Source of the DNA: Candidatus Bathyarchaeia archaeon
Lineage (GTDB): Archaea > Thermoproteota > Bathyarchaeia > 40CM-2-53-6
Assembly (NCBI GenBank): GCA_049513715.1
Contig: JBEKVV010000001.1
Location: forward strand, 288,001 to 352,000
Direction: 5' to 3'
DNA length: 64,000 bases
A model generated the notes under the pieces. It was not told the DNA's origin and did no database searches. It saw only the letters and a list, made by a program, of their open reading frames with translations. Made by a program: the position numbers and the translations under genes. Positions 1-9,470 of this stretch are shown here, piece by piece (within the stretch, counting starts at the first letter, position 1; each line of letters opens with the position of its first letter).

Positions 1-68
1 GTTGGGTCTCATGCGTAAGGTTTTTGCGTCGAAGCGCAGAGGGGGGCGGGTTTAAGGCCTGATTAGAG

Positions 69-1232
69 ATGGTATCACGAAACACGTATGTGGCGCTCAA
101 GACAGAGGTTGTAAAGATAGCTGACTACTACAAGCAAGTATGGCGCACGACGAAACAGATGGACAAGACGACAGTCAGAATCCTCAAAGCCATTCAGAAA
201 CTGGGCCCCCGGAACCTCTTGGCTGTTTCGCGCTACACTAGGATACCATTCTCATCCGTCTATAACCGCGTAGGAAAGATGGAGGCTCTGAGCGGGCCGA
301 TCGAGTATACGTTACCAAATGCCTCAAAGTTAGGCTTGGCCACCATGTTTGCTCTGACCTCAGCAAAACCCGGCCTAGAGGAGAATGTGACTCAGGCCTT
401 GAAGGTGCCCGGCTATTGGCGTATGATTGTGGGCTGCGAAGGAGGGTCCACACATGTTTCCTTCCATTACGTACCCTTCGAGCTTGTGAAGGCCTTTCAA
501 CAATACTTCAAAGGAATGGTGACGAGCGGCTTAGCCCTCAAGAATTCGGTCGTCATGATAGGGGATTATCTCCCCAACGATGTCAACTATGACTACTATG
601 ATCCAAGTCGGAAACTCTGGAAGTTCTGCTGGGATAAATGGCTCAACGGTCTGATGAAACGGAAACCAACCAAGACGATAGAAGACCCTGAAAGCTATGA
701 TGTGCTCGTTGACCGAAAAGACCTCGTGTTAATCAAGGAACTTCAAATCGATGCCAGAAAGAAATTCGTCGACTTGGCGAAGCCCCTCGGGATAACGCTT
801 CAGGCTGTGAAGTACCGATATGATAAGAAACTTGTGAAACACGGCATATTGGGGGGCAGCGGATTGACAATTCATCCGTATCCGCGAGAGATTGCGGCGT
901 ACTACCAAATCTTCTGTGAGTTTGCCAGTGCTCCCAAGATGAACAGGTTCTACTCATATCTGAACGAACTATTCTTCGTCGTGGGACGTTCGAAGGCTCT
1001 AAAGCGCAACGCGTTAGTGCTGAGGGTCGCAATACTTGAGTCGCAAGTCTCAAACCTCTTCAGGTTCCTCTCTGAGTTGTGCAGGCGCAACATTCTAACC
1101 TCCTACTCGGGCCTGAGGTTGAGGTACGATACACGAGAAAGACAAGTGATTCCGATTGAGCTGTTCGATGACAAAACGGGCTGGAAGTTCGATTATGGCC
1201 GATCCATGGCAGCCCTAAAGAAACTCGCCTAA
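69..1232 (+). CDS. Lrp/AsnC-like transcriptional regulator with two HTH modules
   Basis: HTH-like segments MDKTTVRILKAIQ...SSVYNRV and VDRKDLVLIKELQIDARKKFVDLAKPLGITLQAVKYR; true start may be the ATG at 159. Confidence 0.7.
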   Translation: MVSRNTYVALKTEVVKIADYYKQVWRTTKQMDKTTVRILKAIQKLGPRNLLAVSRYTRIPFSSVYNRVGKMEALSGPIEYTLPNASKLGLATMFALTSAKPGLEENVTQALKVPGYWRMIVGCEGGSTHVSFHYVPFELVKAFQQYFKGMVTSGLALKNSVVMIGDYLPNDVNYDYYDPSRKLWKFCWDKWLNGLMKRKPTKTIEDPESYDVLVDRKDLVLIKELQIDARKKFVDLAKPLGITLQAVKYRYDKKLVKHGILGGSGLTIHPYPREIAAYYQIFCEFASAPKMNRFYSYLNELFFVVGRSKALKRNALVLRVAILESQVSNLFRFLSELCRRNILTSYSGLRLRYDTRERQVIPIELFDDKTGWKFDYGRSMAALKKLA

Positions 1233-1575
1233 GGTCCGATTTTTCATTACTCTAAATTTTGTAAATACGTACAGCCTATCAACCATTATTATCTAGCCAT
1301 CTGCGACGGAGATTGGGAATAGCAGAGTTTGCTAGGCTTCACGCAAGTGGAATCTCCCTGCTCCTCTATGCTAGCGTTATTCTCTGGATGTTCTACCTGA
1401 CAAAGAAAGCTGCTGAACAGATCTCTTCAACTCTGCAGTGAGCAAGCAACAGACTCCCGTTACTTGTTCAGAATGATGGATTCGTAACGCCGGACGCGCT
1501 CAGTTTTCTTGCGGTACTCCCCAAACGATTTGGTGCCTGATCTACCATTCCGATCGAGATGAGATACGTCAATAT

Positions 1576-1685
1576 TGGTGCCGGGAGCGGGGTTCGAACC
1601 CGCGGCTTCTGGGCCCACGGCTCTCCAGATTATGAGTTTCGTCCCTTAAGCCTGGCTGGCGCTCTACCAGCTGAGCCACCCCGGC
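1576..1685 (-). tRNA. tRNA-Met(CAU), elongator type, with introns at 30/31 (1638-1655) and 45/46 (1607-1622)
   Basis: Removing the two inserts gives GCCGGGG-TG-GCTC-AGCTGGTA-GAGC-G-CCAGA-CT-CAT-AA-TCTGG-AGGCC-GCGGG-TTCGAAC-CCCGC-TCCCGGC-ACCA; the 45/46 intron forms a CTGG/CCAG BHB helix. Confidence 0.9.
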
Positions 1686-1902
1686 CCAAACCACAAAATC
1701 AAAGCTGTATGTAAAAACGTTCTCCAACAGGCCGAAACCCTTCTGCATGAGGGGAATGTATACACTTCCGGGCCTTTGCATACAGAATTAGGTTTCGTCC
1801 TAACTAGCTGTAAGCAACAAGTTTGAGTTGAAAATGTCCGCGTCTTTGAAAAGTGTTTAATCAGCAGCCACACAAGGTTTAGGCTGCAGGTTTGGGGCGC
1901 AG

Positions 1903-3126
1903 ATGGACCTTGACTACCTGACTCTCGACGACTTCGATTTACGAGACAAACGCGTCCTACTCAGGTTAGATATCAACGCGCCACTCGATCCAAGTACAAA
2001 TCAAATCCTGGATGATAGCCGAATCGTTGCAGCTAGGCCAACTTTGGACGCGCTCGCTCAAGCCAAGGTTGCGGTCCTCTCACACCAGAGTCGCCCTGGC
2101 AAGGGAGATTTTACGTCCCTCGAGCAACACGCACGTATATTACAAGAGAATTGCTCACAGAACGTCAGATTCATCGAAGACATTATTGGACCCGCAGCAC
2201 GTGAGGCCATCAGGGACCTCAAGAGGGGTGAGGTCTTAGTTTTGGACAATGTCCGTCTCTTAGCAGAGGAAACACTGGAGAGATCAGGCGAAAAACTTGT
2301 CCGCACCAATTTTGTCTCCCGTTTGGCGCCGTTGTTCGACCTTTATGTGAACGATGCATTCGCAGCGGCCCATAGGTCACAGGCTTCCCTTGTTGCCTTT
2401 CCATACGTCCTCCCATCGGCGGCAGGGAAGTTGATGGAGAAGGAGCTTCGAGCCCTGAAGCGGTTGCTTGTGGAACCGGGGCGGCCGAGCACATACCTCC
2501 TTGGCGGCGCAAAAGTGGAAGACAAGGTCCCGGTAATCGAGCACATTCTTAGTACAGGTAAAGCCGACCATGTGCTGGTGGGCGGGAATGTTGCAAAAGT
2601 GTTCCTCAAGGCGAGGGACGTGAAGTTCTGCCCGTCAGAAGAGGAGGAACTGGCGAATGTCACCGACGAGGTCATGAAAGCAGGTAGGATTTTGACGAAA
2701 TATCGTGGGCGAGTAATAGTTCCGAAGGATTTCGGCACTGAGAAAAACCGCAAACGCGTGGACATCAAAGTGGGCAAGCTTGCCCGCGCGGGCCGGGCCT
2801 TAGATATAGGAGAGGAAACTGCAGCTGAATTCGCAAACATGATCGCAAATTCAAGAACCGTTGTGGGCAGTGGGCCAATGGGCGTCTTCGAACAGAACGG
2901 ATTCGATGCCGGTACAAAAGCTGTTCTGGAGGCAATGGCGAACTCGGGAGCCTTCACCGTGATTGGCGGAGGTCATATGTCGGGGTTTGCGGGAATCTTG
3001 GGAATCGCAGACAAGTTCTCACACGTTAGCACGGCTGGAGGTGCGATGCTATCACTTCTTGCAGGTGAAGAGTTGCCAGCCATTGCGGCCCTCACGCACG
3101 CTGCGAAGCGGCGCAGAGGGACATAG
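1903..3126 (+). CDS. pgk: Phosphoglycerate kinase
   Basis: RLDINAP, SHQSRPG, NDAFAAAHRS, LGGAKV, GPMGVFE and HVSTAGGA motifs. Confidence 0.97.
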   Translation: MDLDYLTLDDFDLRDKRVLLRLDINAPLDPSTNQILDDSRIVAARPTLDALAQAKVAVLSHQSRPGKGDFTSLEQHARILQENCSQNVRFIEDIIGPAAREAIRDLKRGEVLVLDNVRLLAEETLERSGEKLVRTNFVSRLAPLFDLYVNDAFAAAHRSQASLVAFPYVLPSAAGKLMEKELRALKRLLVEPGRPSTYLLGGAKVEDKVPVIEHILSTGKADHVLVGGNVAKVFLKARDVKFCPSEEEELANVTDEVMKAGRILTKYRGRVIVPKDFGTEKNRKRVDIKVGKLARAGRALDIGEETAAEFANMIANSRTVVGSGPMGVFEQNGFDAGTKAVLEAMANSGAFTVIGGGHMSGFAGILGIADKFSHVSTAGGAMLSLLAGEELPAIAALTHAAKRRRGT

Positions 3127-3176
3127 CACATCCTCTTAGCGAGAATTTTTAGCGGACGCAATGTTAGTCCGCTTGG

Positions 3177-3292
3177 GCCTCGGTGGCTCAGCCTGGCAGA
3201 TGCCCACGGCTTAGGGCACTAGGAAGCAGCCGCCTTGTAAGGGCGTCCTTGAAAGCGGCAGGTCGCGGGTTCAAACCCCGCCCGAGGCTCCA
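3177..3292 (+). tRNA. tRNA-Thr(UGU) with introns at about 22/23 (3200-3224) and 37/38 (3240-3253)
   Basis: Acceptor GCCTCGG/CCGAGGC, U discriminator plus CCA, anticodon stem GCCGC/GCGGC with CT-TGT-A, T arm GCGGG-TTCAAAC-CCCGC; the D-arm intron has a TGCCC/GGGCA stem and a CTGG/CTAG helix. Confidence 0.88.
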
Positions 3293-3317
3293 ATACGAAT
3301 CGAATCGCTCATCTCTG

Positions 3318-3342
3318 AGCAGTTTTTCGGCTCTTTTCGAGC
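3318..3342 (+). repeat. Left subterminal repeat of the island (arm-like site)
   Basis: AGCAGTTTTTCGGCTCTTTTCGAGC; 20/25 identical to the reverse complement of 12305-12329 by manual alignment. Confidence 0.6.
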
Positions 3343-3506
3343 AGCACGTCTTCTTGTCTATGATTACACAACCCAGAAAAATGGGCTATGACGTGGAGAG
3401 CTCATCTTAGGAAACTGAAAAGTAACGCTAGTTGACAAAAACTGCTCTTACTATTCTTGTCGGACGAATGTGAGTTAAACGGTCTCCTTCTCCGCGTTAG
3501 TGAGCC

Positions 3507-4307
3507 TCAGGAGCCCTTGTATTCTTGAATTATGTTACCGCCATCGATGACCACGTCATGGCCGGTCATGTATGATGAATCGTCAGAGGCGAGGAACGCG
3601 ACAAGGTTTGCCACTTCTTCAGCTCTACCAGGTCTCTTCATTGGAGTTGAGAGTCCAGCTTTGATCTCTGATTCTAATGAAGAACCAGTCTGGATCCAGC
3701 CGGGAGCTATGGCATTGACAGTTATGCCGAATTCTCCGACTTCAAGCGCCAATGCCTTAGTCAGGCCCGACACGGCTCCTTTGGCTGCGGAATAAGCGCT
3801 TTCACCTGGTATTGATACGAGTGTCCCTGTGCAAGATGACATGTTCACGATTTTTCCATATCTCTGTTTTATCATGAATGGGAGGACTGCTTTGATGCAG
3901 TTGAAGGTTGTTGTGAGGTTAATCGCTATCTGCGAGGACCACTCTTTTTCTGTTAGATCGACAAAGGGCTTTTCGGTCACTCCAGATCCAGACCCTCGCG
4001 GGGCCAGACCTGCAATGTTGGCCAAAATGTCTATGCGTCCATATCTTTCAAGCACACTACGAACCATACCCTGGACGTTAGTCAATTTCGTAAGGTCCAA
4101 ATCGAAAGAGACGACTTGACCTCCAAACCCTTCCAACTCTTTGGCGCGCTGGTGAACTTCTCTCGAGACATCAACAACTGCCAAAGATGCCCCCTCTCGG
4201 GCGAGTCTGGTCGCCGAGGCATATCCTATACCCTTAGGTCCAGCTACTCCGGTAACCAATGCAACTTTGTTTTGGAGATTCATTTTCTTAGTCGATACCT
4301 GTGACAC
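3507..4307 (-). CDS. Short-chain dehydrogenase/reductase (FabG/UcpA-like)
   Basis: TGVAGPKGIG Rossmann motif, YSAAK catalytic motif, VNAIAPG. Confidence 0.93.
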   Translation of the reverse strand: MSQVSTKKMNLQNKVALVTGVAGPKGIGYASATRLAREGASLAVVDVSREVHQRAKELEGFGGQVVSFDLDLTKLTNVQGMVRSVLERYGRIDILANIAGLAPRGSGSGVTEKPFVDLTEKEWSSQIAINLTTTFNCIKAVLPFMIKQRYGKIVNMSSCTGTLVSIPGESAYSAAKGAVSGLTKALALEVGEFGITVNAIAPGWIQTGSSLESEIKAGLSTPMKRPGRAEEVANLVAFLASDDSSYMTGHDVVIDGGNIIQEYKGS

Positions 4308-4461
4308 TGTTGAGACTAATGGATTTGTCGATTGGAAGCTCGGTGGGATCGGGAGACTCCGTATTCCTCATCACAATGGATATCGCTGCAAGCGATCAGC
4401 CTCAACTAGATTTGCGATTTGAACCGCCCATGGTCTCTCTTGCGAATCATCGAAAAAGTCC

Positions 4462-5580
4462 TCATTTGCTGTCTACCTTGTAGACCGTTCTTCCTCCATA
4501 CCCAGTAATGACTTTGATATAGCCGCTCAGAATCTTGTCGACTTCGCTGTCACCCGTATCTACTAAGATGGGAGCTCCTATCAATGATGCGAGCTTGCTA
4601 AGTGTGGCAACAACGATTATGTTCTCTTTGCCCGCACTCTTGATTACTTCTGGACTGATCTGTTGATTTCCCCTGCCAAATATGAATCCCTGGTTACCTA
4701 TGACGCTAACGATTATTCGTATTCTCTTAGCGCCTGTTATCTGTAGCAGTTGATTCTCAGTGAGGTCTGAGCCGAGCAATCTGCGGTTGTAAATGGCGTC
4801 AACTCCAAGTAACGTCTTCTTCAATCCAAGTCTTTCCACGATAGGTCGAGTTGTTGTGCCCGGTCCAATGATATATGCGCAATCGTCTTCCATATTGTCT
4901 ATGATGTCGTTCGCGATCGCTTGCGCGGCATATTCTTCCCCAGGAGCAGATCCTGCCTTTGCGCTTTGAACAAGCGTCTTCTCGTAGGGAACTCGAAGAT
5001 AGCCGTACAAGCGAGCCGAAATCCGGTTCTCTCTAAAAGCTTTCTCATCGATGTCCATAACTTCCGCTTCACGAAGGACTGATTGTCTATCCTGCAAGTA
5101 TGCTAGAGCAAGTTCTCCAGCATTCCGTGGATTCACTGCGAACACGCCCGACTGAATCTTGACTCCCGCAGGTATCCCTAGAACGGGTATAGTCTGACCG
5201 ACTGCTTGGTAGATATCTCTCGCTGTTCCATCTCCACCAGCGAAGAGCAGGAGAGATACCTGCAACCTCCCCATTTCTTTAGCAGCGTTCATGGTATCCG
5301 TTGAAGTGGTCTTTCCCCTCTCCGAAGTTGCAAGAATTCTCGGTCTAAAACCACATTCTCGCGCTTCTTCCTCACCCATCTCGTGGGAACATGTTAGAAG
5401 ATCGATACTTTCTTTAATGGGGGCGATTCTGCTGAGGGCCTGGATGGCTCTGCTTGGAGAGATCGGAGTAGCTCCAAGTTGTATTGCCTTCCTGAGGATC
5501 TCTTCTCCATCGCTACCCTTGAGCCCTACTCTGCCTCCCATTCCAGCCACGGGATTTACCAAAAATCCGAGTTTCTTCAT
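4462..5580 (-). CDS. ATP-NAD kinase family protein
   Basis: GFLVNPVAGMGG, GGDGTARD, GIPAGVK and GRGNQQ motifs. Confidence 0.85.
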   Translation of the reverse strand: MKKLGFLVNPVAGMGGRVGLKGSDGEEILRKAIQLGATPISPSRAIQALSRIAPIKESIDLLTCSHEMGEEEARECGFRPRILATSERGKTTSTDTMNAAKEMGRLQVSLLLFAGGDGTARDIYQAVGQTIPVLGIPAGVKIQSGVFAVNPRNAGELALAYLQDRQSVLREAEVMDIDEKAFRENRISARLYGYLRVPYEKTLVQSAKAGSAPGEEYAAQAIANDIIDNMEDDCAYIIGPGTTTRPIVERLGLKKTLLGVDAIYNRRLLGSDLTENQLLQITGAKRIRIIVSVIGNQGFIFGRGNQQISPEVIKSAGKENIIVVATLSKLASLIGAPILVDTGDSEVDKILSGYIKVITGYGGRTVYKVDSK

Positions 5581-5629
5581 TGAGATTAATTCATCCAAGA
5601 AAAATCTGGTTTAGTGAACTCTCCTACGC

Positions 5630-6151
5630 TTGGAGGTATCATCGAGTTTCAAGAAAAGGTTCAGGTGGCTTCGGCTATTGGTTGTTCTCCTAATAATTCT
5701 CTTCACGGCTATCTGGTACGTCACCTTCATCGCCTCATTCTTTGGTGTATCCTTCGTCTCAGGCGCTGTGACCGCTATTCTGTTGTCCATGTTCGTTTTC
5801 ATTCTGCCAGGATTCAACGCCTTGTTGCTTCCCTACCGAAGACCGGACCTTTATGAGTTAATACCTCAATCGATGAGGAAGAAATTCGGGATTCCACTAA
5901 TTAGCATCCTAGGTATCATCTGGCTTGTCTTCGTCATTCCCGTCTTCTTCCTCTACGTAATCTGGCCGCTTCTTGCCACCGCCTACGGAGTGCATTTGGC
6001 AGATGTTATCACGTTTGCAGTATCACAAGGCTGGACAACCTTTGCAGCAATAACCATTGCAGGAATCATTATCTACTATGCAGCTAGATGGTACAACGCA
6101 AAACGAGGCATCGACCTGAGCCTCCTCTTCAAGTCCGTTCCTCCTGAATAG
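5630..6151 (+). pseudogene. C-terminal fragment of an APC-family amino acid permease
   Basis: Only ~4 TM helices, with LLPYRRPDLYE and GIDLSLLFKSVPPE typical of archaeal APC C-termini; no room for an N-terminus (divergent gene ~50 bp away). Confidence 0.6.
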
Positions 6152-6230
6152 TCTCGGACACACACTCCTAAACCAGGCAGCCCGGGACGCAGAGGGTACT
6201 GACCGAAGGGGAACTGGGTTTAGAACAAGA

Positions 6231-7640
6231 ATGACCTATTCCATAAAGTCATGCGACACAATGGTGGCCTTGGGAGATTCAACGTCTGATGGGTCAATAA
6301 TTTTCGGTAAGAACAGCGACAGGCCTCCGAATGAAAGCCAACCTCTAAGATACTACCCGCGGGAAACGCACCCCTCTGATTCACTTGTTCAATGTACGTA
6401 CATCAAGGTACCTCAGGCGAGAGAAACTTACGAGATTATCGTCTCCGCGCCTTGGTGGATCTGGGGAGCAGAGATGGGAGCCAACGAACGAAGCGTGGTA
6501 ATCGGAAACGAGTCGGTGTGGTCAAAGGAACCAGTCATCAAGGAAGGTGCTCTGCTTGGCATGGATTTGCTTAGACTCGCCCTTGAAAGAGGAGAAACAG
6601 CCCATGCTGCGATGAACGTCATGATCGATCATCTGCAAAAATACGGACAAGGGGGTACATGCGCGTACGGTGAACAGTCGTACTACGACAATTCGTTCAT
6701 AATAGCTGACAAAAAAGAAGCTTGGATCTTCGAAACCGCGGGTAAGTACTTTGCTGCCAGGAGAGTAAACCACGGAACTGACTCATTATCAAATGCGTAC
6801 ACAATTGAGAGGGATTACGAAGTAGCACATCCGGACCTCATAAAGCATGCAATTGAGAAGAAATGGGCTCGCTCAGAAACCGATTTCAATTTCGTGCGAG
6901 CATACTGGGACTTTACTAAAGAGGACCCGGCTGGTTGTCAGAATAGACGAAACAGGAGTTTTTCATTACTCCAAGAGATGAAAGGTTCAATCACTCCGGA
7001 ATACATAATGCGTGTTCTAAGAGACCATCACGAGGGAACTGTCATCGCGCCCCGTTGGAGCCCAGATCAACACTTCTGGGCGAGTCTCTGCCTTCATGCT
7101 CGTGATAGAGATCCTTTTCACACTTCCGGCAGCTTCGTAGCTCATCTGAAAGACAAATTGCCCACCTTCTGGTTCACAGGATCGTCACAGCCCTGCACGA
7201 GTGACTTTAAGGCAACGTATCTATTCGGAGGAATTCGCCCTCCTGATATCTACACTAGAGGCAATGACAAGTACTCGGATCAATCAGCATGGTGGTTGTA
7301 CGAGGAGTTGAAGCGCCATATCAACATAAATTACAAAGTATATGCCCCCATAGTAATCGCCGTTCTGCGCGATCAAGAGGAAAAGACAATTGAACGAGCG
7401 AGGCTAGTCGAAAGACGCGTGCATCAGCTGTCAGGAGAGGGGCAGAAGGAAAAAGCACAGCAATTGGTTCAAGGTTTTGTGCATGGGACTTGGCTAGATG
7501 CCGTCAGCCACATCAAGGAGCTGAATGAAGTCCTTTCCAGACTGGACCGGTTCGTGGAAAAGCCTCAGCACCTCTACCGAGAATATTGGCACGCGATGAA
7601 TGCTGAAGCACAAATGCCAGAAGAATATACGAGTCTTTGA
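6231..7640 (+). CDS. Peptidase family C69 (secernin/dipeptidase, Ntn-hydrolase)
   Basis: N-terminal CDTMVA, GKNSDRPPNE, WGAEMGANE, GMDLLRLALER. Confidence 0.9.
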   Translation: MTYSIKSCDTMVALGDSTSDGSIIFGKNSDRPPNESQPLRYYPRETHPSDSLVQCTYIKVPQARETYEIIVSAPWWIWGAEMGANERSVVIGNESVWSKEPVIKEGALLGMDLLRLALERGETAHAAMNVMIDHLQKYGQGGTCAYGEQSYYDNSFIIADKKEAWIFETAGKYFAARRVNHGTDSLSNAYTIERDYEVAHPDLIKHAIEKKWARSETDFNFVRAYWDFTKEDPAGCQNRRNRSFSLLQEMKGSITPEYIMRVLRDHHEGTVIAPRWSPDQHFWASLCLHARDRDPFHTSGSFVAHLKDKLPTFWFTGSSQPCTSDFKATYLFGGIRPPDIYTRGNDKYSDQSAWWLYEELKRHININYKVYAPIVIAVLRDQEEKTIERARLVERRVHQLSGEGQKEKAQQLVQGFVHGTWLDAVSHIKELNEVLSRLDRFVEKPQHLYREYWHAMNAEAQMPEEYTSL

Positions 7641-8017
7641 TGACAGTCTGACATGTATTGTTGCGAATAGCGTCTTGTCCGGCTGTCTGCATGGCCGGGG
7701 AATGCCAAATCCTCTGTAGTCGCGCCGTTTCGATGCGAAATACACTACGATTGTTTCTCAATTCGGAAGTTAGGTCCGGTCTCCTGCCAATCTGGCGAAC
7801 TTCTCGTTTCCCCTTCCCAGAATATCGCTTAATCGCTCCGGGCTTGCGGCGGAGTTTCAAGTCTGGATTGGCTGCTTTTGATCAGCATTGGTTTCATTGG
7901 CCTCCTAAAGTGACTCGCTGTAGAGCAATGTATCGAAGCCGATTTGAAATTCCTCGTTGGAAACGATACAAAATGCACTAATGCCGTTTCCGCTCACACG
8001 AGTAGGAGAAGATCCAA

Positions 8018-9376
8018 ATGCCAATCATCAAGAATAGACGCGAACTCCTTTCCCATGGCAGCAGAGATGGAAGAAAGGTTGTCTTAGATGTGTTGGAATC
8101 CGCTATTGGCGCGGTGAGCGGCCACGAATTAGTCAGACAGTCAGTCGTCATCGCGGGAAACTCGCTAAGAGTTGGTTCTCTCACTTTCGATCTCTCGAAG
8201 ACTGGAGACCTGTACGTTATTGGGGCCGGGAAAGGATCTCTTTCAATTGCTAAAGGGTTAGAAGAAATACTCGGAAGCAGGATCAAAACAGGTCTTGTAA
8301 TCGAGAAGAGGGGCCAAGGCCGGAAGCTCAAATCGATTGAGGTAGTAGAAGCGGATCATCCAATCCCAGACGATGACGGGGTTCGAGCGACAAAGAAGAT
8401 CCTTGACATAGCAGATAATGCGAAAACAAACGATCTGGTGTTCGTTTGCGTGACGGGCGGCTGTTCTGCGCTGATGACAATTCCGGCAGATGGTTTGAGC
8501 CTTGATGATGTTAGAGAGCTGACTCAACAAGTTCTCATGTGTGGCGCCTCCCTCCGCGACATAAACACCGTGAGGAAGCACATCTCCAAAGTGATGGGTG
8601 GACGACTTGCTATGAGAATTCATCCTGCGCAGACAATAGGTCTCATAATAGTTGACGAGGTGGAAGGACGACCATGGGGCCCGACTGTTCCGGACACCAC
8701 TACATTTCGAGACGCCCTTCATGTACTAAAGAAATACAACCTGCTGAATGTAGTTCCGGTCTCGGTTAGGAAGCATTTGGAAAAGGCAGAGCCTGAACAA
8801 GAGACTCCCAAGCTTCTTGATTTTCAACGCCAGAAAGTTAAGGTGCACAACTGGGTCTTGGCGAACAGCGAAACACTGTGCGAGGCAGCACAAGAAAGAG
8901 CTAAGGAATTGGGCTGTAATGCTATGATTCTTTCGACTGCTCTTGAAGGTGAAAGCCGAGAGGCAGGAACCATGTTGGCGTGCATTGCAAGAGAAGTGGA
9001 AGAACACATGAGACCTCTACATCCTCCCTGCGTTCTTATAGTAGGCGGAGAGACGACGGTCACAATCCGAGGACAACATGGCGAAGGAGGAAGAAACCAA
9101 GAATTTGCGCTCGCTGCGTCGTTGAAGATTGAAGGAAGCCGGAAGACCGTAATTGCGTCTGTTGGTACGGATGGAACTGACGGACCAACGGATGCCGCCG
9201 GTGCGATAGCTGATGGTTACACAGCGGAAAGAGCACGTGAAATGAAGACCGACGTATATGAAAACCTTGCAAAACACAATTCATATCATGTCTTTAGACA
9301 GCTTGAGGACGCGGTCTTCACAAGACCAACAGGAACAAACGTAATGGACCTACGACTTGCGTACGTTAGCGTATGA
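8018..9376 (+). CDS. Glycerate 2-kinase / MOFRL (TtuD) family protein, divergent
   Basis: GAGKG, HPIPD, GGETTV, GGRNQE, GTDGTDG, TGTNVMD. Confidence 0.9.
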   Translation: MPIIKNRRELLSHGSRDGRKVVLDVLESAIGAVSGHELVRQSVVIAGNSLRVGSLTFDLSKTGDLYVIGAGKGSLSIAKGLEEILGSRIKTGLVIEKRGQGRKLKSIEVVEADHPIPDDDGVRATKKILDIADNAKTNDLVFVCVTGGCSALMTIPADGLSLDDVRELTQQVLMCGASLRDINTVRKHISKVMGGRLAMRIHPAQTIGLIIVDEVEGRPWGPTVPDTTTFRDALHVLKKYNLLNVVPVSVRKHLEKAEPEQETPKLLDFQRQKVKVHNWVLANSETLCEAAQERAKELGCNAMILSTALEGESREAGTMLACIAREVEEHMRPLHPPCVLIVGGETTVTIRGQHGEGGRNQEFALAASLKIEGSRKTVIASVGTDGTDGPTDAAGAIADGYTAERAREMKTDVYENLAKHNSYHVFRQLEDAVFTRPTGTNVMDLRLAYVSV

Positions 9377-9470
9377 TTCTCAATAGTTTTCAAGGAAAGA
9401 TAGAAGGAGCAATGCTTATACTTTCAACAACGGGCTTTCGCAAAGTCCACTTGTAGGAAGTCCCTTCAAG

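Noticed and set aside
1569..1781. ORF-track ORFs over RNA genes (also 3183-3410, 20762-20962, 51943-52387, 60044-60256)
   Set aside because: They overlap tRNA or SRP genes and have no protein-like motifs
3234..3254. Alternative splicing giving a Ser(UGA) anticodon
   Set aside because: The short variable loop, GCC-start acceptor stem and U discriminator fit Thr; Ser needs a long variable arm
7650..8000. Possible gene or IS fragment between the C69 peptidase and the kinase
   Set aside because: No recognisable motif or terminal repeats in any frame
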